Assembly: GCA_017381015.1 (NCBI GenBank)
Contig: JAFOCV010000045.1
Span: 5,628-69,627 of the forward strand
Source: Bacteroidaceae bacterium
GTDB lineage: Bacteria; Bacteroidota; Bacteroidia; Bacteroidales; Bacteroidaceae
Reading direction: 5' to 3'
Length of the DNA stretch: 64,000 nt
Part shown: positions 25,864 through 35,285 of the stretch, piece by piece
Numbering within the stretch: position 1 is the first letter of the stretch
Layout of the letters: each line of letters begins with the position of its first letter
Translations under genes and position numbers: made by a program
The notes under the pieces: model-generated
Database searches by the model: none
What the model was told of the DNA's origin: nothing
What the model saw: the letters and a program-made list of their open reading frames with translations, nothing else

Positions 25864-26040
25864 AATTCACACACCATCCCTTTTTCCTGTGCATGTAATA
25901 TGTTTTGTGAGCTTCGGAGGCATAGGATGCGATGTCCCATTCAGCAACAAGGAAAATACAGATAGTTTTGTAAATAGAATGCTATGTACAGAATATTCTT
26001 TACCATAGATGCCCTAAAAGCACCCCTATGTAAAGTACAT

Positions 26041-26096
26041 ATTCAACAAAAATGGAGAGAACCGCATTGAGTATGGTTCTCTCCATTTTGTTGAAT
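26041..26096. terminator. strong bidirectional hairpin terminator at the right edge of island 1
   Basis: ATTCAACAAAAATGGAGAGAACC (26041-26063) pairs with GGTTCTCTCCATTTTGTTGAAT (26075-26096), giving about 22 bp with one bulge. It is flanked by A/T runs and lies 27 nt from the acyl-CoA synthetase stop. Confidence 0.8.
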
Positions 26097-26122
26097 AAAA
26101 GTATTCGCGACTTTGTATCTTT

Positions 26123-27802
26123 TTATGAATATAAATATCGCTTGATGCTTTGCTTGGGAGTCTTTTCGAAGGCTTCGCGACGAATCTCGGTATAACCTAT
26201 CTTGCTATAAACTGCTAATTCGGGATTCAAGGCTAGGACGTTGTCATTGACTAACTTCTCCAAAGCCTTGTCGTCAAGACCTGCCTTGTTGCCTGCTTCA
26301 TAGTCAGCTACAACGAGGGCTACGATGGCATTCTTGCGACCTACAACCAATGATTCTACCACATAGGGAAGATTGTTAATCTTGTCCTCAATTTCCTCGG
26401 GATAGATGTTCTGACCATTGCCAGTGAGAATCATATTCTTGCAACGTCCCTTGATAAATACATTGCCCTTGGCATCAACAACACCCATGTCACCAGTCTT
26501 CAACCAACCGTCTTCTGTAAAGGTGGCTGCAGTAGCGTCTGCATTCTTGTAATAGCCTAGCATGACGGCATCGCCCTTGACCTGAATCTCGCCAAGGATG
26601 GTGCGTGGATTAGTAGAATCAATACGCAACTCCAATGGGTCGGCCTTCTTGCCACAAGAGTACTTTACAAATTCGCTCTTGTCACAATAAGAGATGAGCG
26701 GACCACACTCTGTCATACCATAACCTACTACGTAGGGGAATTTCATGCGCTTGAGCAGGTCTTCGACCTCGCGATTAAGTGCTGCGCCACCAAGAATAAG
26801 GCCTGTAGTGAAACCATTGCCAAAAGCGGTGAGAAGCGACTCTCTAATCTTGTTGAGCACAATCTTGTCTAGTCCTGGTATCTTTAGAAGCAACTTGGCA
26901 GGATAACTGTTGGTTGCTGGGAATACCTTTGCCTTGAATATCTTCTCAATAACCAAGGGTACGGTGAGAAACATGAATGGCTTTACCTTGCCTAAGCCTT
27001 CTAGCAAACGTGCTGGAGTGGGCTTGCCTGGCAGGATATACACATGGCAACCGCTGGCCAAGGGGAACAACACATCGAATGTCTGACCAAACATGTGTGC
27101 CATGGGGAGAATGGCAAAGATATGGCCACCACGAGCTGCGGGAATCTCACGACGAGCAAAATCGAGATTGACTGACAAGGAGCGTGCTGGCAATACAACA
27201 CCCTTTGAGGTGGCGCTGGTGGTACCGGAGGTGAAGCTGATTTCTACTACAGCCTCCATATCGCGCTCCTCGGGGTAATAGTTGACCACATCAGCACTCA
27301 AACCATTGGGATATTGGCGTGAGAAATGCTCCTCAAGAGTGTCATGAGCCTCTGCCAATGCCTTCTCTGTGGCCCAACAGATGCTGATATCCTTTACATT
27401 GATGATACCTGCAAAACCCTGAGTAGATTCCAGCTGTTTGATGTATTTCTCGTTTTCACTCAAACTATTATAAGCAATATCATCTGCAATGAGCAACTTG
27501 CACTCGGAGAATGAGCCTAATTCGGCAACGGACGCAGGTGTGAAGTCGGGCAAGAAAGGTACAGACACTGCATCGTAGGTAAGTGTGGCAAAGTAAGCTA
27601 CAACCCATTCTGCTGAGTTGCGAGCATAAAGAGCCACCTTGTCACCCTTCTTGATACCTGCCTCTGCAAAAAGAATGTGGTACTTGGCTATCTGCTCTGC
27701 CATTTGGCCGTAAGTATAGGTAACACCGCCAAAATTAGTCACAGCAGGCGAGGTCCAATTCTCTCTTACGGATTGACTAAAAAGTTTAACAAAATGTATC
27801 AT
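26123..27802 (-). CDS. long-chain-fatty-acid--CoA ligase (AMP-binding enzyme)
   Basis: 559 aa. It has adenylate-forming motifs: TSGTTSATSKGV (P-loop-like A3), GYGMTE (A5), TGDMG (A7) and a C-terminal K in PKQSIKR. Confidence 0.9.
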   Translation of the reverse strand: MIHFVKLFSQSVRENWTSPAVTNFGGVTYTYGQMAEQIAKYHILFAEAGIKKGDKVALYARNSAEWVVAYFATLTYDAVSVPFLPDFTPASVAELGSFSECKLLIADDIAYNSLSENEKYIKQLESTQGFAGIINVKDISICWATEKALAEAHDTLEEHFSRQYPNGLSADVVNYYPEERDMEAVVEISFTSGTTSATSKGVVLPARSLSVNLDFARREIPAARGGHIFAILPMAHMFGQTFDVLFPLASGCHVYILPGKPTPARLLEGLGKVKPFMFLTVPLVIEKIFKAKVFPATNSYPAKLLLKIPGLDKIVLNKIRESLLTAFGNGFTTGLILGGAALNREVEDLLKRMKFPYVVGYGMTECGPLISYCDKSEFVKYSCGKKADPLELRIDSTNPRTILGEIQVKGDAVMLGYYKNADATAATFTEDGWLKTGDMGVVDAKGNVFIKGRCKNMILTGNGQNIYPEEIEDKINNLPYVVESLVVGRKNAIVALVVADYEAGNKAGLDDKALEKLVNDNVLALNPELAVYSKIGYTEIRREAFEKTPKQSIKRYLYS

Positions 27803-28121
27803 AATATATCAAGTATTAAATATACTAATTAAGGACAGATGACATCAGTCATCCAGTTGTTTTCATTAGTTGTTTGACAAATTTATCTTGTTTTCGTAAA
27901 AATCTCGCGACAAATATAGTTAATTTCAAACACATATTCTTCCATTTCGAATAAAAAATACTCGCTATTTTACTATTTTTTACGTGAAGCACTAAAAAAT
28001 CCCGATAACTATGAAGCCATTAGGACTGGTTGGGCGATATCATTTTTGGGAGGAGCTGTTTAAGGCTTAGTTTTCTATTCGACAAGGCAAAGAAAAAAGA
28101 AAAGACAGAAAACCATTATAG

Positions 28122-28159
28122 TAGCACCTCTGCTTCTTGTCTATTTCGCAGAAGTGCTA
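28122..28159 (-). terminator. hairpin terminator candidate downstream of the glycosylase gene
   Basis: TAGCAC-c-TCTGC (28122-28133) pairs with GCAGA-a-GTGCTA (28148-28159). On the minus strand a T-rich run follows it (ttttctgtcttttctttttt). Confidence 0.5.
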
Positions 28160-28209
28160 ATACTTATCACCTTGGAACACTCGTAATCACATGAAAAGTC
28201 TCTCTCCCC

Positions 28210-28860
28210 CTACTCCACTCCGCAGAATTTGAACATTTGGCGGTATGCCTCGGCCTTCTTGGGCAAGGAAAGTGGGTATGCACGTGAAGAAGAAGGCAGA
28301 CGATAAAGCACCACAGGATATCCATCGGCACAAAGCCCCGGAATGGGCACGTATTGCCCCACAGAGGGCATTTCGGGAATGGAGAGGGTATTGCATAGGG
28401 TAATGGTGGCTTTCTCGCCTGTGGTGACTATTACACGGCAATGAGGTACACGAGACAGGAGAGCATGAATGTCGGTGGGCAGTACAACCTCCAGAAACTT
28501 GTCCGAGGCATTGTCCTTCAGTCGGCGCACAGCGGTGGAGGTATCATAGAAACCAATGCCCTTGTTGTAAAGGAAGGGAATGATAAGGTCCAGACGGAAT
28601 GTCTTTGCCTCGGTGTCCACCAAATAGTCCTTATTGCCAAAGAATATGAGTCCCTCAATGCGCCAATGGTCGTTGATGAAGTTGGGATAGTAGAAGTCCA
28701 TGCACCAGCGCTTCCTCTGTGGCGGAAAACTGCCCAAAAAGAGCACTCGGCAGTTCTCGGGCAGAAAGGGGTGCAAAGGATGGTACTCTACTCCATCGGC
28801 AGAGCGGGCAATATTCTCAAGGTTGAGGAAGGAGGCTGGGAAAACAAATGGCTCATTCAT
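28210..28860 (-). CDS. uracil-DNA glycosylase superfamily protein (DNA-deoxyinosine glycosylase-like)
   Basis: 216 aa. The motif FLGSFPPQRKRWCMDFYYPNFINDHWRI resembles motif A of the family-6/HDG-type UDG superfamily (GSFPS...YY..P.N.FW). The C-terminal part reads LPSSSRAYP. Confidence 0.65.
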   Translation of the reverse strand: MNEPFVFPASFLNLENIARSADGVEYHPLHPFLPENCRVLFLGSFPPQRKRWCMDFYYPNFINDHWRIEGLIFFGNKDYLVDTEAKTFRLDLIIPFLYNKGIGFYDTSTAVRRLKDNASDKFLEVVLPTDIHALLSRVPHCRVIVTTGEKATITLCNTLSIPEMPSVGQYVPIPGLCADGYPVVLYRLPSSSRAYPLSLPKKAEAYRQMFKFCGVE

Positions 28861-28880
28861 TTGAGGGAGGATTTAGGTTT

Positions 28881-28943
28881 TATCAGAGTATTCAGAGTAT
28901 TCGGAGTAATCAGAAAACCCAGAAAACCCAGAAAATCTGAAAG
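28881..28943 (+). repeat. seven tandem degenerate 9-mers
   Basis: The units are tatcagagt attcagagt attcggagt aatcagaaa acccagaaa acccagaaa atctgaaag. They lie in the spacer between frdB and the glycosylase gene. Confidence 0.8.
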
Positions 28944-29050
28944 AAATTATAAATCCCGATGGCGCTAATGCCACCGGGATTATTTCATATCCTTATGCTA
29001 TATTATATACAATGCAATATTATATACATAAGGAAAGGTTGTCTAGTTGC

Positions 29051-29809
29051 TTAGTCAGCAAGCTTTGCCTTGATGAACTCGCGGTTCAAGCGTGCGATGT
29101 TAGAGATGGTTTCGCACTTAGGACAAACAGCCTCGCAAGCGCGGGTGTTGGTACAGTTACCGAAGCCCAACTCGTCCATCTTAGCAACCATTGCCTTGGC
29201 ACGGCGTGCAGCCTCTACCTTGCCCTGGGGAAGGAGTGCAAACTGGCTTACCTTAGAAGAAACGAATAGCATAGCAGAACCGTTCTTACATGCTGCTACA
29301 CATGCACCACAACCGATACAGCTAGCGCAATCCATTGCCTCGTCGGCATCATCCTTTGAGATAAGGATAGCATTAGCGTCCTGAGCCTGACCAGTACGGA
29401 TGCTGGTGTAACCACCTGCCTGCATAATCTTCTCGAATGCCATACGGTCTACCATACAGTCCTTGATTACAGGGAAACCTGCACTGCGCCAAGGCTCTAC
29501 GGTGATAACGTCGCCATCATTGAACTTACGCATGTACAACTGGCAAGTTGTAGCACCACGCTCGGTCTTACCATGAGGAGTACCATTGATATATAGTGAG
29601 CACATACCACAGATGCCTTCACGACAGTCATGATCGAATACGAAGGGCTCGTTGCCAGCAGCAATGAGTTCCTCGTTCATCATGTCTAGCATCTCCAAGA
29701 ATGAAGTATCGTCGGGCACGTTCTTCATTTCGTGCTTCTCAAAATGACCCTTGTCCTTAGGACCATTCTGCTTCCAAAACTTTACAGTTACTGATATATT
29801 TTTTGCCAT
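29051..29809 (-). CDS. frdB: fumarate reductase / succinate dehydrogenase iron-sulfur subunit
   Basis: 252 aa. Cys clusters are present for 2Fe-2S (CREGICGMC), 4Fe-4S ([11 protein letters not shown]) and 3Fe-4S ([12 protein letters not shown]). Confidence 0.9.
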   Translation of the reverse strand: MAKNISVTVKFWKQNGPKDKGHFEKHEMKNVPDDTSFLEMLDMMNEELIAAGNEPFVFDHDCREGICGMCSLYINGTPHGKTERGATTCQLYMRKFNDGDVITVEPWRSAGFPVIKDCMVDRMAFEKIMQAGGYTSIRTGQAQDANAILISKDDADEAMDCASCIGCGACVAACKNGSAMLFVSSKVSQFALLPQGKVEAARRAKAMVAKMDELGFGNCTNTRACEAVCPKCETISNIARLNREFIKAKLAD

Positions 29810-29832
29810 AATAATCTTTAGGATTAAGGGGG

Positions 29833-31815
29833 TTAGTTCTTATAGTTACGCTGCTGAACCTTGATAATCTCGTACTGGAGAGCCTCCTTGATAAGCTCAG
29901 GAGCAGCCTCGTCGTTGTTCTGGTATTCCCAGCAACCAACGTAGAAGAAGTTCTCGTCGTCGCGCTTAGCTTCGCCTTCCTCTGTCTGGTGCTCCTCACG
30001 GAAGTGACCACCACAACTTTCCTCACGATGTAGAGCATCGTATGCAATCAACTCGCCCATAAGGATGAAGTCGCGCAAGTGGATAGCCTTATCCAACTCT
30101 ACGTTCAAACCTTCCTTGGTACCGGGGATGAACAGGTTCTCGTTGAACTCCTTGCGGATAGCCTTCAAGAGCTTCAAACCCTCTTGCAAACCTTCCTTGG
30201 TACGACCCATACCTACGTGCTCCCACATGATGTGACCCAACTCCTTGTGGATAGAGTCAACAGAGCGCTTACCCTTGATGTTCATCAAACGGTCGATTTC
30301 TGCCTGAACAGCCTTCTCAGCCTCCTCAAACTCGGGAAGGTCGGTAGATAGGCGTGACCATAGCTTCTGGTCGGCCAAGTAGTTCTGTATAGTATAAGGT
30401 AGAACGAAGTAACCGTCGGCCAAGCCCTGCATAAGAGCAGAAGCACCTAGGCGGTTAGCACCGTGGTCAGAGAAGTTACACTCACCGATAGCGAATAGGC
30501 CGGGGATAGTGGTTTGCAACTCGTAGTCAACCCATACACCACCCATTGTGTAGTGGATAGCGGGGAAAATCATCATGGGATGATAGTACTCTACGCCATT
30601 AACGGTCTTAGCTAGCTTGCCGGGGTTAACGTCGGTAATCTCCTCGTACATCTCGAAGAGGTTGCCATAACGCTGAAGGATTTCCTTGATACCCAAACGC
30701 TGGATAGACTCAGAGAAGTCAAGGAATACAGCCAAACCAGTGTTGTTTACACCGAAGCCCTTGTCGCAACGCTCCTTAGCTGCACGTGAAGCTACGTCAC
30801 GGGGAACCAAGTTACCGAATGCGGGATAACGACGCTCCAAGTAGTAGTCGCGGTCTTCCTCGGGAATCTCATAACCCTGCTTGGTACCAGCCTGAAGTGC
30901 CTTAGCATCTTCCAACTTCTTGGGAACCCAGATACGACCATCGTTACGAAGAGACTCTGACATAAGAGTCAACTTTGACTGCTTGTCGCCATGTACGGGG
31001 ATACATGTGGGGTGAATCTGAACGTATGAGGGGTTAGCCATCACAGCACCCTTACGGTAGCACTGGATAGCAGCGGTGCAGTTACAACCCATAGCGTTGG
31101 TGCTGAGGAAGTATGCATTGCCATAACCACCAGTAGCGATTACAACAGCATTGGCACTGAAGCGAACGAGCTTACCAGTAACCAAATCCTTAGCGATGAT
31201 ACCACGAGCACGACCATCAACGATAACTACGTCTTCCATCTCGTAACGAGTGAAGAGCTTTACCTTACCGGTATTTACCATGCGGCTCAATGAAGAGTAA
31301 GCACCCAACAATAGCTGCTGACCTGTCTGACCCTTAGCATAGAAAGTACGGCTTACCTGAGCACCACCGAAAGAACGGTTGGCTAGCATGCCACCATATT
31401 CGCGAGCGAAGGGAACGCCCTGTGCCACACACTGGTCGATGATAGCGTTGCTCACCTCTGCCAAACGATATACGTTAGCCTCACGAGCACGATAGTCGCC
31501 ACCCTTTACTGTATCGTAGAATAGACGATAAACAGAGTCACCATCATTCTGATAGTTCTTTGCAGCATTGATACCACCCTGTGCAGCGATTGAGTGTGCA
31601 CGACGGGGTGAGTCTTGAATACAGAAATTATATACATTGAAACCCATCTCAGCCAAAGAAGCGGCAGCGCTGGCACCAGCCAAACCTGTACCTACTACGA
31701 TAACATCGAGCTTGAGTTTATTCTTGGGGTTAACCAAACGCTGGTGAGCCTTATAGTTGGTCCATTTTTCAGCAATAGGTCCCTCGGGGATTCTTGAATC
31801 TAAAGTCTTTGCCAT
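29833..31815 (-). CDS. frdA: fumarate reductase / succinate dehydrogenase flavoprotein subunit
   Basis: 660 aa. It has the FAD fold [10 protein letters not shown], the covalent-FAD His context [11 protein letters not shown], and the active-site motif HPT...R...H.TMGG. Confidence 0.92.
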   Translation of the reverse strand: MAKTLDSRIPEGPIAEKWTNYKAHQRLVNPKNKLKLDVIVVGTGLAGASAAASLAEMGFNVYNFCIQDSPRRAHSIAAQGGINAAKNYQNDGDSVYRLFYDTVKGGDYRAREANVYRLAEVSNAIIDQCVAQGVPFAREYGGMLANRSFGGAQVSRTFYAKGQTGQQLLLGAYSSLSRMVNTGKVKLFTRYEMEDVVIVDGRARGIIAKDLVTGKLVRFSANAVVIATGGYGNAYFLSTNAMGCNCTAAIQCYRKGAVMANPSYVQIHPTCIPVHGDKQSKLTLMSESLRNDGRIWVPKKLEDAKALQAGTKQGYEIPEEDRDYYLERRYPAFGNLVPRDVASRAAKERCDKGFGVNNTGLAVFLDFSESIQRLGIKEILQRYGNLFEMYEEITDVNPGKLAKTVNGVEYYHPMMIFPAIHYTMGGVWVDYELQTTIPGLFAIGECNFSDHGANRLGASALMQGLADGYFVLPYTIQNYLADQKLWSRLSTDLPEFEEAEKAVQAEIDRLMNIKGKRSVDSIHKELGHIMWEHVGMGRTKEGLQEGLKLLKAIRKEFNENLFIPGTKEGLNVELDKAIHLRDFILMGELIAYDALHREESCGGHFREEHQTEEGEAKRDDENFFYVGCWEYQNNDEAAPELIKEALQYEIIKVQQRNYKN

Positions 31816-31859
31816 GATTTTGGTAGATTATAGATTAATGGATTAGTTTAATAAATTAA

Positions 31860-32588
31860 TTAGCAAAGGCCCATTGCATGGCAACCTTCTACAACTGCAT
31901 TGATCTGATCGAAGTCAGCAGGACGATAACCGAAGCAGAATGCAACAGCTACGGCAACGAACATCAAGATGATGATAGTTGAAACCACGCAGCTGATAAC
32001 ACGCCAGCGGTTGAACCATACCTTGCCGCTCAAACCCAAGGTCTGCATTGAGCTCCACAAACCGTGGTTCAAGTGCATCCAAAGAGCTGCCAACCAAACC
32101 AAATAGATAACGGTGTAAACGGGGCAAGAGAATGTCTCAGCAATCCAGTACACACCATTGGTAGCCAAGTGATGGTCACCTGCACAGGGAGCAAGCTCAA
32201 CGAGCATCATCTTTGCCCAGAAGTTCCATAGGTGAAGACCCATACCCAGGATTACGATGATACCAAGAACAAGCATGTTCTGGCTACTCCACTCTACCTT
32301 CTTGGGGGTATCAGTAACCTCGTAACGGCTGTTACCGCGAGCACGACGGTTCTGTACTGTCAACCAAAAAGCGTAAAGGAAGTGCAACACTACCAAAGCA
32401 GCCAAACCAACTGTTGCTGCTACCGCATACCAATTAGCACCAAGGAAGGCACAAATCATGTTGTAACCCTCGGCACTGATAAGAGCCACTACGTTCATTG
32501 ACGCATGGAACAGAAGGAAGAGAATGAGCGCAATGCCGGTTACCGACATAACCACCTTCCTACCGATTGATGAATTGATTAACCACAT
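31860..32588 (-). CDS. frdC: fumarate reductase cytochrome b subunit
   Basis: 242 aa with about 5 TM helices and conserved haem-ligand His residues. It is the first gene of the frdCAB order typical of Bacteroidota. Confidence 0.8.
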   Translation of the reverse strand: MWLINSSIGRKVVMSVTGIALILFLLFHASMNVVALISAEGYNMICAFLGANWYAVAATVGLAALVVLHFLYAFWLTVQNRRARGNSRYEVTDTPKKVEWSSQNMLVLGIIVILGMGLHLWNFWAKMMLVELAPCAGDHHLATNGVYWIAETFSCPVYTVIYLVWLAALWMHLNHGLWSSMQTLGLSGKVWFNRWRVISCVVSTIIILMFVAVAVAFCFGYRPADFDQINAVVEGCHAMGLC

Positions 32589-32700
32589 AGGATTTTGATT
32601 AAAATTAATGTTTATTTAAAAATTTTGTTCGTTCCTATTTTAGCACATTTTTTACACGCTTCATGGTGCAAATACTCACTTTTGGGTATTATGCACGCCA

Positions 32701-32708
32701 CAAATTTA
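32701..32708 (-). promoter_or_regulatory. -7 promoter box candidate (TAAATTTG on minus strand) for frdCAB
   Basis: The plus strand reads CAAATTTA, 113 nt upstream of the frdC ATG. Confidence 0.4.
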
Positions 32709-32761
32709 AGGTAATTTATTTATTTATGCAATGCTTTTCAAAAAAAGTAGAAAGATTTACG

Positions 32762-32769
32762 TACTTTTG
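32762..32769 (+). promoter_or_regulatory. -7 promoter box TACTTTTG for mnmG
   Basis: Matches TAnnTTTG 26 nt upstream of the ATG at 32795. Confidence 0.6.
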
Positions 32770-32794
32770 CGAATGAAATATTGATTTATTGAAA

Positions 32795-34672
32795 ATGGAA
32801 CTTAATTACGACGTTGTTGTTATTGGTGCTGGACATGCTGGTTGCGAGGCTGCTGCTGCTAGTGCAAAACTGGGTGCGAAGACATGCTTGGTGACCATGG
32901 ATATGAACAAGATTGCGCAGATGTCCTGCAACCCTGCCATTGGTGGTATTGCCAAGGGACAAATCGTGCGAGAGATAGATGCACTGGGTGGCTACACGGG
33001 TATCGTCACCGACCGCACGGCTATTCAATTCAGAATGCTCAACCGTAGCAAAGGACCTGCAATGTGGAGCCCTCGCGCTCAATGTGACAGAGCCAAATTC
33101 ATCTGCGAATGGAGAAAGATTCTGGAGAATTGTGACAACCTGAGCATCTGGCAAGACCAGGCAAGGGAACTCCTCGTGGACGAAGATACCAAGCAAGCTA
33201 TCGGTGTGAAAACATACATGGACGTCACCATCAAGGCAAAGAGCGTGATTATCACCGCGGGCACCTTCTTGAATGGTCTTATGCATATCGGCAAGACCAA
33301 ACTCGAGGGAGGAAGATGTGCCGAACCTGCATCTAAAGAACTAACGGAGAGCATCACCAAACATGGCATCGTTTGTGGTCGCATGAAGACCGGCACACCG
33401 GTTCGTATTGACGGTCGTTCTGTCCACTTTGAAGACATGCAAGAACAACCGGGTGATAGCGTCTGTCAAAATTTTTCTTTCATAGAAAAAACTCATTCCC
33501 TACCCCAACTTCCCTGTTGGATAACGTACACCAATACTGATACTCACGAGAGATTGAGAGCTGGACTTGCCGACTCTCCTCTTTACAATGGTCAGATACA
33601 AAGTATTGGTCCTCGCTATTGCCCGAGCATAGAAACAAAACTCGTTACTTTTGCTGATAAGGACCAGCACCAATTGTTCCTCGAACCCGAGGGTGTTGAC
33701 ACGCAGGAATACTACCTGAACGGTTTCTCTTCTTCTCTGCCCATCGATGTGCAGCTGGAGGCTTTGAGAAAGATTGAGTGCTTCCGTGATGTACAGGTAT
33801 ACCGTCCTGGTTATGCCATCGAATACGATTACTTCGACCCAACACAATTGTACCACACGCTTGAGTCAAAGATAGTGGAAAATCTATATTTCGCCGGTCA
33901 GGTAAATGGCACCACTGGGTATGAGGAGGCAGCTGGCCAAGGTCTAATTGCTGGTATCAATGCGGCACTGAAATTGCAGGGTAAGGATAGTTTTGTTCTT
34001 CATCGTGACGAGGCTTACATCGGTGTACTAATTGACGATTTGGTGACAAAGGGAGTTGACGAACCTTATCGTATGTTTACCTCGAGAGCCGAGTATCGTA
34101 TTCTTCTCAGGCAGGATGATGCTGATGCCCGTTTGACAGAGCGCAGTTATAATATTGGATTGGCTACAAAACAAAGATATGACTACTGGTTGGAGAAGAA
34201 GGAATGGATAGAGAAGATTATTGGTTTCTGCAAGAACTTCTCCGTAAAAGCCATCTATATTAACGATGCTTTGGAATCGCTTGGTAGCGTTCCCCTGAAG
34301 AAGGGTTGCAAGTTGATTGACCTCATCACTCGTCCTCAGATTACCATTCTTTCTCTGGAGAAGCACATCAAAGCTCTCGAACAATTCCTGAGCACCATTC
34401 CCAATCGCAGAGAGGAGATAATCGAGGCGGCAGAAATTCAGATAAAGTATGATGGTTATATCAAACGTGAAAGAGAGATTGCCGACAAGATGCTACGTCT
34501 GGAGAATATCAAAATCAGAGGCAAGTTTGATTATGAGAACATAAAATCTCTTTCCACAGAAGCAAGACAAAAACTTATCAAGATTAACCCCGAGACTCTT
34601 GCTCAGGCTTCTCGCATACCAGGTGTTTCGCCCTCGGACATAAACGTACTCCTTGTCTTAATGGGCAGATAA
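32795..34672 (+). CDS. mnmG: tRNA uridine 5-carboxymethylaminomethyl modification enzyme MnmG (GidA)
   Basis: 625 aa from the ATG at 32795. It has the FAD motif VIGAGHAGCEAA, MSCNPAIGG, and a conserved C-terminal region. Confidence 0.95.
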   Translation: MELNYDVVVIGAGHAGCEAAAASAKLGAKTCLVTMDMNKIAQMSCNPAIGGIAKGQIVREIDALGGYTGIVTDRTAIQFRMLNRSKGPAMWSPRAQCDRAKFICEWRKILENCDNLSIWQDQARELLVDEDTKQAIGVKTYMDVTIKAKSVIITAGTFLNGLMHIGKTKLEGGRCAEPASKELTESITKHGIVCGRMKTGTPVRIDGRSVHFEDMQEQPGDSVCQNFSFIEKTHSLPQLPCWITYTNTDTHERLRAGLADSPLYNGQIQSIGPRYCPSIETKLVTFADKDQHQLFLEPEGVDTQEYYLNGFSSSLPIDVQLEALRKIECFRDVQVYRPGYAIEYDYFDPTQLYHTLESKIVENLYFAGQVNGTTGYEEAAGQGLIAGINAALKLQGKDSFVLHRDEAYIGVLIDDLVTKGVDEPYRMFTSRAEYRILLRQDDADARLTERSYNIGLATKQRYDYWLEKKEWIEKIIGFCKNFSVKAIYINDALESLGSVPLKKGCKLIDLITRPQITILSLEKHIKALEQFLSTIPNRREEIIEAAEIQIKYDGYIKREREIADKMLRLENIKIRGKFDYENIKSLSTEARQKLIKINPETLAQASRIPGVSPSDINVLLVLMGR

Positions 34673-34733
34673 AATTCAAAGCAAAATCAATAATCGTTTC
34701 ACGTGAAACAACAGAAGAATAAATTTCTCAAAA

Positions 34734-35264
34734 ATGAATAAACAAACGTTATTACAGAATCTAAGAGTCGTTCCTGACTTTCCCATCCCTGGAATTCAAT
34801 TTCAAGACGTCACAACTCTCTTCCGCAACCCAGAATGCCTGAAGATAATGAGGGAAGAGGTTTTTAGACTTTATAAAGACAAGGGCATAACCAAGGTGGT
34901 GGGTTTGGAGAGTCGCGGTTTCCCTCTTGGTTGCACATTGGCAGCTGACCTCAATGCTGGATTCGTGATGGCTCGTAAACCCGGCAAACTACCAGGCGAG
35001 GTAATAGAACAAACCTACCAAAAAGAATATGGAGAGGACAAGATTTGCATGAGCTCTGATGCTATCTCATCTGACGATGTACTTCTTCTGCATGACGACC
35101 TTCTTGCTACTGGTGGCACGATGAAAGCTGTATATGACCTGGTAAAGCGTTTCAATCCAAAGAAAATATACATTAACTTTATCATCGAACTAACCATCGA
35201 GGGATTGCACGGCAGAGACATCCTGGATCCTGACGTGGAGATTACAACCCTACTTCGCATATAA
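34734..35264 (+). CDS. apt: adenine phosphoribosyltransferase
   Basis: 176 aa. It has the PRPP-binding motif VLLLHDDLLATGGT and an Apt-type N-terminus (PDFPIPGIQFQDVTTL). Confidence 0.9.
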   Translation: MNKQTLLQNLRVVPDFPIPGIQFQDVTTLFRNPECLKIMREEVFRLYKDKGITKVVGLESRGFPLGCTLAADLNAGFVMARKPGKLPGEVIEQTYQKEYGEDKICMSSDAISSDDVLLLHDDLLATGGTMKAVYDLVKRFNPKKIYINFIIELTIEGLHGRDILDPDVEITTLLRI

Positions 35265-35285
35265 TTATAAGCAAAGGCATCTAGC

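Noticed and set aside
32786-33286. 166-aa minus-strand ORF overlapping the mnmG 5' region
   Set aside because: It is antisense to a very well supported gene and would have to start inside mnmG. No motifs were found.
34696-34709. Perfect 14-bp palindrome GTTTCACGTGAAAC between mnmG and apt
   Set aside because: It is too short for confident assignment. It can only form a 5-bp stem with a 4-nt loop, so it is a weak terminator at best. It occurs once in the window, so no regulatory inference is justified.
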